Positions 26,027 to 32,157 of a DNA stretch of 32,157 nt are shown in pieces. This DNA is from Clostridia bacterium (GTDB taxonomy: Bacteria; Bacillota; Clostridia; Oscillospirales; CAG-272). The first letter of the stretch is position 1. Each line of letters begins with the position of its first letter. The translations under genes were made by a program, and so were the position numbers. The stretch spans positions 1 through 32,157 of the forward strand of contig JAKSPR010000001.1 of NCBI GenBank assembly GCA_024404655.1, read 5' to 3'. The notes below the pieces were generated by a model that saw only the letters and a program-made list of their open reading frames with translations, was not told the DNA's origin and made no database searches.

Positions 26027-26053
26027 TATATCATGACACAAGCGCATTGTCAA
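26025..26053 (-). promoter_or_regulatory. Near-consensus sigma-A promoter for the GH78 rhamnosidase
   Basis: Read on the - strand: TTGACA (26053-26048), 17-nt spacer, TGATATACT extended -10 (hexamer 26030-26025). Confidence 0.6.
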
Positions 26054-26085
26054 CTGTTTTTGATAATAACGTGCTATTGGATATT

Positions 26086-26739
26086 TTATCGGATTTCCCA
26101 GACAAATGCCGCAGTATCGTTGACCTCGATATCATCCGGTTCGATTTCCATGGCTGCCATCTTCGGCATTCCCATGCAGCGATCATCCATTGCATAATTG
26201 GTACGGGAAAAGAGTTCGATTTCTCCCCAGTTATAGTTGATGGTGAGCAGCTGTCCCAGCTGTACTCCGGAGGCTGCAGCAAGGATTTCCGCCTTGGCAC
26301 GCGCGTTTTCGGCAGCACTTTTCAGCAGAGCTTCACTGACTGCTGCCTTGTCTTTCACGGAGAAATGAATGGAGAGTTCCGGCTCTGAAATACATCCTGT
26401 GACAGCGGACAGGACTTTTGATAACTGCGCTGTATCAAAATCAAATTCCAGCTTGAGGTCCTGACGGCAGGTGTAACCTTTGAAGACGGACTTGTAATTG
26501 CCGTTTGCATCCCGGACGCTGTCGTACTCAGTGCAGACATTGAAGTTCGTGGTTTTCAGGTCTTTTTTGTCAAATCCGATGGCGGTGAGCGCGGTCTGCA
26601 GAGCACTCAGTTTTTCGTTTGCATCCTCCATAGCTTTTTCGTAGACCTTCTTTGTGCTTTTCAGCGTGAAGGTGACAACCGTGAGATCGGGTTTCAGATT
26701 CAAATGGCCGATGCCTTTGACGGTGATGGTTCTTTCCAT
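26086..26739 (-). CDS. SIMPL (DUF541) domain protein
   Basis: 217 aa from MERTITVKGIGHL. This start has AAAGGA 11 nt upstream; the ATG at 26748 has too short a spacing. The sequence has the pattern typical of SIMPL/DUF541 proteins ('TVKG...', 'AAENARAKAEILA'). No signal peptide. Confidence 0.8.
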   Translation of the reverse strand: MERTITVKGIGHLNLKPDLTVVTFTLKSTKKVYEKAMEDANEKLSALQTALTAIGFDKKDLKTTNFNVCTEYDSVRDANGNYKSVFKGYTCRQDLKLEFDFDTAQLSKVLSAVTGCISEPELSIHFSVKDKAAVSEALLKSAAENARAKAEILAAASGVQLGQLLTINYNWGEIELFSRTNYAMDDRCMGMPKMAAMEIEPDDIEVNDTAAFVWEIR

Positions 26740-26827
26740 AATTTTCATTGTCCTTTCATGTTTGTTTTTTGAATTGTCTAGAAATGTGCAGTCAAAAAAG
26801 ATCCAAAATCTGAAATAATGTAGTAAA

Positions 26828-26878
26828 CGAAGCAGTTTCACGGAGTGTAGCGAAGCGGAACGGAGTGAAACTGCTTCG
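26828..26878. repeat. Perfect 14-bp inverted repeat (hairpin with a 23-nt loop) abutting a GC-only palindrome
   Basis: CGAAGCAGTTTCAC (26828-26841) pairs with GTGAAACTGCTTCG (26865-26878). It is followed immediately by the palindrome CGCGCCGCGGCGCG (26881-26894). Confidence 0.6.
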
Positions 26879-27049
26879 CGCGCGCCGCGGCGCGGTGGTT
26901 AGGCCGCCGAACTGGACATTTGGGCATCAGCCCATTTGCGGTAACTGAACGGCGGCATTCCAAACGGGTTCGATGAATAGGCACGGATCTGATTGTAATA
27001 GAAAAAATATACCGAAAAATAATCGTCTTAACCTGTTCTGACGACACCG

Positions 27050-27184
27050 TCAATCTGCCAGCGTATTGTATGGAATCCCGAGCTGGGCTGCTGACTTTTT
27101 GATTCCTATCTCATCCGACAATTTGATGGCTTCTTCTTTGAATTCTTTATTATACGTCGAAATATTTCTTTCCTCTTCTCTCAT
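27050..27184 (-). pseudogene. IS3-family transposase OrfA (helix-turn-helix) N-terminal fragment
   Basis: A 44-codon ORF that is too short to appear in the ORF track: MREEERNISTYNKEFKEEAIKLSDEIGIKKSAAQLGIPYNTLAD*. It has the pattern of IS3/IS150-type OrfA N-termini (Y-x-KEFK-x-EA(I/V)KL ... HTH ... TL-x-x-W). It ends at TGA exactly where the conserved Trp codon (TGG) is expected, and no OrfB follows. Confidence 0.6.
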
Positions 27185-27263
27185 ATAATGTGTTTTCTAT
27201 TATATCAGATTTTTGGGTGTTTGTCGACTCCACTTATAGTATAACACTCCACAAATAGTCAAA

Positions 27264-30200
27264 TTACTTCTCACAGAGTCCCATTTTATCGTATGGGACA
27301 TTTCGATATTCTGGCATTGTATTCCAAATATCGGAGTTTTCGGGAATCTGATACCGTTCATTGAGCGGATTATTTTTTGAAATCAGGTTGCAGTCAAGAC
27401 CGTCGGCTGTTTTTAGCCCTACCTCAGAGATATTGAAAGCAGTTTTGGCATCAATGATGATATTATTTTTATATATGTTCCAAGCAGGCTCTCTGAGCAG
27501 ATCCTCGAGCGCATTTCTTGTATATCCGGGCACCTCGGTTTCCTGAGCATGTTTCTGCATTGATTCATAATAAGTTGTGAAAATCGGATAACGGGCTGCA
27601 AATGCGCTGTTTGAAACCTTGTCGGCTCCATTTGAAAGCACGCTTTCTCTGATTGCAGGCCAGCGCACAGAAGTCTGTGCATAATAATTCGCATTGTCAG
27701 CAAATGCAGAATTCGTCGCTCCGATCGTGATATTGTTCCAGAAAACACATTCTCTGCCGTTATGCAGTCGGTATGTCATTTTTCCATTGAATGCAGCGTC
27801 AAGTTCAGAATTCTTGACATCCACGATATTGCCGTATACATACTGACCGCTTGCACAGTCATCGATATAGACGCCGGCATGTGATGCAGCCATATCATGG
27901 AGATAATTATAGCGTATATGATTGCCTCTGCTGGATAAATCACAGCCGATCATATATATCATACCTGCGTCTGCAGTCGTCAGAGAACCATGGACAAACT
28001 CGTTGTATTCAAGAATACATTCATTGGAAGGAGATACGGTCGCGATCGCTCCGTCGTAAAGATTATGAGAAATAACCGATCCAACCCCGCTGGTATTTGT
28101 TCCGGTCTGCTCGACACCATCACGGAAGACGCAGTTCTGAATAAAGTTGTAATCGGGTTTCAGTACTGCCCGATTCCCAGAACCAAGAACAGCCTGGGCA
28201 GCACCGTTTGCATAAAACAGCGAATACATGACACCGTTTTTCTCACCCGCTCTGATAACAAGTCCGTTTGTTCCGTTACCAAAAAACGTGCAGTCTTCAG
28301 AGATGACCTCATAACCGTCTGTGATTTCAACCCCCTTTTGCATGGTTCCGGTAACGGTAAGACCATTAAAGACAACACAGGAGGCCTGTGATACCGAGAC
28401 TACAGGATCTTTACTGGTAACAAGAGACATGTCTTTCATATCCCCGTCTGGATAATAATAGAGTTTTCCGGCTTTTGAGTCAAGATACCACTCTCCTGGG
28501 ACATCAAGCGCTTCGAGGACATTATAGAAAAAGTAATAGTTGTCACTTTTCTGAAGTGCACCATAGGTCGCGCTGACCGATGAGGTCACAGTCTTTGTCC
28601 CGGCATCCAGTGTAACCGGATAGTGCAAACGTTCCCATTCCGCATAAACAGAACCAAAGATCCAAAGGTTCTGTGTATCCTGCCAGGTATATGGGGTCGG
28701 ATCATCAAGCCTGATCGTCCATCCGCAGGTCTTTTCGCTGTTTTCAGCATACAGTGCACTGTGTGCACTGGAAACTTTGCCGACCTCAATGACCTCGCCC
28801 ATCAATATCTCACCATCCTCCACGTTGGGATATCTGGCTAGTGTCTGTGCGATTCCATTGACAAAGAAACCGGGACGGCTTCCGGTTTCAAAAGATCCGA
28901 GATCATTTTTTTGATAACCAAGTGCAAAAAGGTCGCATACAAGCACTTTGTCAGCAATATCCGGTTTTAACCGTGTCAGTATGTCATGATCGGTAACCTG
29001 GACAAAATCCTCTTTTGAGATACTTATGCCAGCTGTAAGAACCGGTTTTTCATTGTTCCATGCAGAAATAAAGAGAGGAGAGGCATCTGTGCCGGAGTGG
29101 ATTTCCGTGATAGACAGCGTACCATCCTGTTGGTAGTTCCCGCCGCGCAGCCATATAACTCCTCCAGACATACCAGCCAGACGGTCAAGTCCCGCCTGAA
29201 TGGTTGCAAGCGGTGCCTGCTCTGTACCTGCTGCGCTGTCATCACCGTCAGGGGACACCCAGATCTGGTTTCTCATGGATCTTGGATAATCCTCCGGCGA
29301 GATCCTATTCTGAACGGTAACCTCCTCCGGAAGTTCCGCAATTGCCTGGTTAAATGCCTCCATGACACCACCATCTTCTGCTGCAGAGATATTCATCGCC
29401 TTGTATGTGTCAGGCAGATTGAAGGAGATGAGCGGAGTTATCTGGTTGCGAACAGTTTTTCCATTAAGAGATACTGAAAGAATTTTTTCACCGCTTTCTG
29501 CTTTGACTGCTGAGGAAAGTTCGGAAATTGCTGGAAAATTCTCGTAAAGAAAATCGTTTATGCCGAGAAGAAGTTGATCATCACCGTTTCCGGCGATCAT
29601 GACACTGCCATCCTCACCCGTAATGGTATAGGTTCCGACATCACCTGCCGGAGTCGACAAGATCCGTATGCTGCAGGGTGCATCTGCGAGCTCAGGATCA
29701 ACAATATCCGGATAGACACCGCAGAGCTCGGAAATCCGCTTTGCCAAGTTGATTATGGCATATCCTTCTTTGGTTTGTGGTTTTAGATCAGAAACGATCT
29801 GATATTCTTTTACATCGTGCCCTTGAAGGACAATACGTTCCACCGGATAAACTGCAGTATATAAAAATCCATTTTCGCCTTCCGGCAGCATAAGTATCTG
29901 GTTTTCGGAATCAATGCAGTGCTCACAGAACCATGCAACAGCTGTTTCAGTGGCAGAAGGGCTGCCGCCGAGAATCAGGATTCGCTCTCCCGCAATGCGT
30001 ATAGTAAAATCGTTCTGCCGGAGATCAGAAAGAGCTGTAATGGACTGCGGTCTGTTAGTCTCACCGATCAGAATCTCCCGTCCGCTTTCAGGTACTGTCT
30101 CCCCGCGCTTGACCCAGTCAGTAGTCAGTACGAAATCGCGTCCGAAAGATTCTTTCAGATATTTTCCAAGCGTTATGGCTGCAGCTGTTTCTTTTTCATC

Positions 30201-30371
30201 AGCGAACTCTGCTCTCATAATCACATAGTCCTGTGCCATCGGGAATGGAACCAGTGATATGTTGTCTTTCTCTTCATTCCCGGTATTGTCACATCCGACA
30301 AGAAGAAAAATCATGAAAAGAATTAATATGGAGGAGAAAAAACGGAAAGAGGTGTTCATTATTATGGCCAT
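27264..30371 (-). CDS. Large lipoprotein with a right-handed parallel beta-helix (pectate-lyase-fold) region; putative polysaccharide lyase or hydrolase
   Basis: 1035 aa. Lipobox 'FLLVGC|DN'. Two N-terminal alpha/beta modules ('...REILIGETNRPQS...'). 'DGDDSAAGTEQAPLATIQAGLD...GGVIWLRGGNY' is followed by repeated PbH1-like turns ('FFGNGTNGLVI', 'IQNCVFRDG', 'ISHNLYDG', 'LEYNEFVHG', 'IRYNYLHD', 'VYGNIV', 'FWNNITIG'). The start could be the ATG at 30371 or at 30359. Confidence 0.82.
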   Translation of the reverse strand: MAIIMNTSFRFFSSILILFMIFLLVGCDNTGNEEKDNISLVPFPMAQDYVIMRAEFADEKETAAAITLGKYLKESFGRDFVLTTDWVKRGETVPESGREILIGETNRPQSITALSDLRQNDFTIRIAGERILILGGSPSATETAVAWFCEHCIDSENQILMLPEGENGFLYTAVYPVERIVLQGHDVKEYQIVSDLKPQTKEGYAIINLAKRISELCGVYPDIVDPELADAPCSIRILSTPAGDVGTYTITGEDGSVMIAGNGDDQLLLGINDFLYENFPAISELSSAVKAESGEKILSVSLNGKTVRNQITPLISFNLPDTYKAMNISAAEDGGVMEAFNQAIAELPEEVTVQNRISPEDYPRSMRNQIWVSPDGDDSAAGTEQAPLATIQAGLDRLAGMSGGVIWLRGGNYQQDGTLSITEIHSGTDASPLFISAWNNEKPVLTAGISISKEDFVQVTDHDILTRLKPDIADKVLVCDLFALGYQKNDLGSFETGSRPGFFVNGIAQTLARYPNVEDGEILMGEVIEVGKVSSAHSALYAENSEKTCGWTIRLDDPTPYTWQDTQNLWIFGSVYAEWERLHYPVTLDAGTKTVTSSVSATYGALQKSDNYYFFYNVLEALDVPGEWYLDSKAGKLYYYPDGDMKDMSLVTSKDPVVSVSQASCVVFNGLTVTGTMQKGVEITDGYEVISEDCTFFGNGTNGLVIRAGEKNGVMYSLFYANGAAQAVLGSGNRAVLKPDYNFIQNCVFRDGVEQTGTNTSGVGSVISHNLYDGAIATVSPSNECILEYNEFVHGSLTTADAGMIYMIGCDLSSRGNHIRYNYLHDMAASHAGVYIDDCASGQYVYGNIVDVKNSELDAAFNGKMTYRLHNGRECVFWNNITIGATNSAFADNANYYAQTSVRWPAIRESVLSNGADKVSNSAFAARYPIFTTYYESMQKHAQETEVPGYTRNALEDLLREPAWNIYKNNIIIDAKTAFNISEVGLKTADGLDCNLISKNNPLNERYQIPENSDIWNTMPEYRNVPYDKMGLCEK

Positions 30372-30479
30372 AGCTTTCGCTTTGCGAAAGTTCCTTTCTT
30401 TCGGAATTGAGGCAGTTTTGTCAAAGCCAAATCATTGCCGGAAGGCAATGAAAGACACAAAACGTTGTATCAAAGATTT

Positions 30480-30508
30480 ATTATAACAGAATTCCAACGC
30501 AGTTTCAA
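30480..30508 (-). promoter_or_regulatory. Near-consensus sigma-A promoter for the beta-helix lipoprotein gene
   Basis: Read on the - strand: TTGAAA (30508-30503), 17-nt spacer, TATAAT (30485-30480). The roughly 100-nt leader has hairpins at 30433-30450 and 30374-30390. Confidence 0.6.
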
Positions 30509-30754
30509 GATAATTATTGAGATTTCTTTATTCAGAAAACTGATCTGTCTGATACAGGGAACTACACGAAAAAATAATACAGAGCATCTAATAGAAGCTT
30601 CATAGAGGTTACGATTAGTGATGGATCAAGCTGCAGCTGACAAATGAGAAGCTCCGACACCGGGGCATCTCTATCGTTTGCGACACCAATGGCAGCGGTG
30701 CGGCTTCCGGAAAGTAACGACATTTCTTTGTGTCTATAGTAGACAGGAAAACAC

Positions 30755-30790
30755 ACGTAAAAAGGTCGCCGGGCGGGCGACCTTTTCTAA
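30755..30790 (-). terminator. Intrinsic terminator of the GH78-like gene
   Basis: Perfect 11-bp stem AAAAGGTCGCC (30760-30770) / GGCGACCTTTT (30776-30786) with a 5-nt loop. On the - strand it is followed by TTTTTAC. Confidence 0.8.
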
Positions 30791-30796
30791 AAAATC

Positions 30797-32157
30797 TTAC
30801 TTTAACAATCTGTGATAGTAGTAGGCGGGCATTGCGCTCCAACCGTGGCAGAGACTTCCGGCACCACCGAAAGCCTCAGCACCTTTTTCGGTTTCCCAGA
30901 AGGAGGTCGCACCGGCATCCAGCATCGCACCGTAGGTTTTGTCGATATCCGCAAGGATATAAGGCGCATAAGCTTCTTTGTCAAAGGCCAGCATTGCATC
31001 ATAGAGGAAGCACTTCATGGACAGGGTGATGGGTGTCAGAGTGGAGGTCCCGTCTGCGATGGCGTCAAAGACAGCACGGGCACGGTCCGCGGGCATGATG
31101 CCTGCCATCACGGCAAGGCCGTTGCCGAGTTCACTGTATCCGTCCTCACCGACGACATTAGGATAAGCGGGGATGGAGGAATCTGCACCGAAGGCAGCCT
31201 CTGCTGCGGAGCGCATTTCGGCAAGGGTCTCATCTGCGTCAAAGGCCAGCGGTTTTCCTGTCATGGAGGAGAGCGTCTTCATGGACTCAATCGCCAGAAT
31301 GAGCAGCGCATTGAGCACCACATCACAGTGGGTCTCTTCCGTGGACTTATAACGTCCTTCCAGACCCGGCGCCCACTCGTAGAAGTTCCAGTCCTTCGGA
31401 CCTGTGAAGGTGTCGATCAGACCGTTCTTCACGCGGCGGAGGAAGGTGTTCAGAATATCGCAGAGCTTGTCCCAGTTCTCGGCAGCAAGGGTCGTGTCGC
31501 CGGAAAATTCGGTATACTCCCTGACTTCGGTGAAGTAGTGGAGAGAGAAGGATGGAATCGGCTGATCCCATCCGCCGGGATAGGCGATGGAGAGCAGACC
31601 GTCAGGACGGCGGTCCTGGGCAATCAGCGCAAGGGCAGCACGGGCAAAACGGGTCTCACCGAAGGTATCGTAACCGGTCAGCATCTGGTTGCGGCTGTCC
31701 ATGGCGTAAAGTCCCTGTTCACGCCACGGGCAGTCCTCATAATGCTCGTGCATGCAGAGGCGCAGCGTGCGGACACAGGTATCGTAAATGGCCTGACGAG
31801 TGGGATTGCCGGCGTCAAAGGGCAGCTCCGTCACGGGATAGAGGGTTGGGCGGATGGTGGCTCTGTGAAGGGCGATGGGAGCTTCACAGAACAGCTCCAG
31901 ATACCGCAGACCAAAGCGGCGGTAGGTATTCAGAAATTCGTTTTCTCCCGGTGCGGCAGTGTATTCCACGGAGAAGTCACGATTGCCGATCTTGCGGCGC
32001 ACGCCACCGTCGATGATATGCTCACCGTAGGCAACGGTAATGGTCTGCGCTTTTTCGGAGGCAAGGGAGAGATACAGAAAACCGACATCCTCGCGGCCGA
32101 GGTCCAGAAGAAAATGCGTACCGTTTTCCGCTTTGAGAAGTGTTTCTTTTACCGGCT
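30797..32157 (-). CDS. GH78-related six-hairpin glycosidase (alpha-L-rhamnosidase-like), N-terminus outside the window
   Basis: The frame stays open upstream of the GTG used by the ORF track (...GEHIIDGGVRRKIGNRDF...) to the window edge. Blocks 'HYEDCPWREQGLYAMDSR' and 'SLCHGWSAMPAYY' match the rhamnosidase six-hairpin domain, but the DCPQRDER block is divergent. Confidence 0.82.
   Translation of the reverse strand, partial: PVKETLLKAENGTHFLLDLGREDVGFLYLSLASEKAQTITVAYGEHIIDGGVRRKIGNRDFSVEYTAAPGENEFLNTYRRFGLRYLELFCEAPIALHRATIRPTLYPVTELPFDAGNPTRQAIYDTCVRTLRLCMHEHYEDCPWREQGLYAMDSRNQMLTGYDTFGETRFARAALALIAQDRRPDGLLSIAYPGGWDQPIPSFSLHYFTEVREYTEFSGDTTLAAENWDKLCDILNTFLRRVKNGLIDTFTGPKDWNFYEWAPGLEGRYKSTEETHCDVVLNALLILAIESMKTLSSMTGKPLAFDADETLAEMRSAAEAAFGADSSIPAYPNVVGEDGYSELGNGLAVMAGIMPADRARAVFDAIADGTSTLTPITLSMKCFLYDAMLAFDKEAYAPYILADIDKTYGAMLDAGATSFWETEKGAEAFGGAGSLCHGWSAMPAYYYHRLLK

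Noticed and set aside
26966-26974. GGGTTCGAT, reminiscent of a tRNA T-arm.
   Set aside because: No complementary T-stem, acceptor stem or anticodon arm can be drawn around it on either strand.
26838-27053. A 71-aa ORF on the - strand between the IS fragment and the SIMPL gene.
   Set aside because: It runs straight through the 14-bp hairpin and the all-GC palindrome, has no RBS, and its translation (Arg/Pro-rich) resembles nothing. It is at most the out-of-frame debris following the truncated transposase OrfA.
30654-30687. Direct repeats (CGACACC twice) as a possible CRISPR or iteron array.
   Set aside because: There are only two 7-nt copies, no regular spacing beyond one interval, and no cas or replication genes in the window.
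1-32157. Defence systems (restriction-modification, CRISPR-Cas, abortive infection, toxin-antitoxin), prophage genes or biosynthetic gene clusters.
   Set aside because: No nuclease, methyltransferase, helicase, integrase, capsid/terminase, NRPS/PKS or radical-SAM signatures were seen in any of the supported ORFs. The only mobile-DNA trace is the 44-codon IS3 fragment.

Overview
The window looks like a chromosomal segment of a Gram-positive, Clostridia-like anaerobe. This rests on AGGAGG-type ribosome-binding sites (RBS), sigma-A type promoters, lipobox lipoproteins and a sortase-type sorting signal. It is densely coding: I call 24 protein genes and one transposase fragment. I saw no rRNA, tRNA or CRISPR array and no recognisable defence, toxin-antitoxin or phage module.

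The left end is housekeeping: a livF 3' end, a cysK-MATE pair and msrC. From about 2.9 kb to the right edge the window is a glycoside/glycan-processing locus.

- Cytoplasmic glycoside hydrolases: GH2, GH20, one canonical GH78 rhamnosidase and one divergent GH78-like enzyme.
- Exported proteins (only three): a beta-propeller-like wall protein, a solute-binding lipoprotein and a 1035-aa beta-helix lipoprotein.
- An unusual set of redox and elimination enzymes: Gfo/Idh/MocA, two xylose-isomerase-like TIM barrels, two short-chain dehydrogenase/reductase (SDR) genes, a type I dehydroquinase-like protein and a PIG3-type medium-chain reductase (MDR).

The two parts I consider most likely to be undescribed biology are:
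1. An operon led by an orphan binding protein (9.7-14.6 kb). Its four enzymes fit an oxidise / dehydrate / ene-reduce / keto-reduce sequence.
2. A four-gene operon under a consensus promoter (15.7-20.3 kb): histidine phosphatase, alpha/beta hydrolase, an atypical nucleoside-hydrolase-like protein and a 601-aa protein I cannot place in a family.

A lower-GC stretch (about 26.1-30.8 kb) carrying the beta-helix lipoprotein abuts an IS3-type transposase remnant that is too short to appear in the ORF track. No transcription factor is encoded anywhere in the window, yet several promoters share palindromic elements.

All family calls come from reading motifs by eye. No database search was run.
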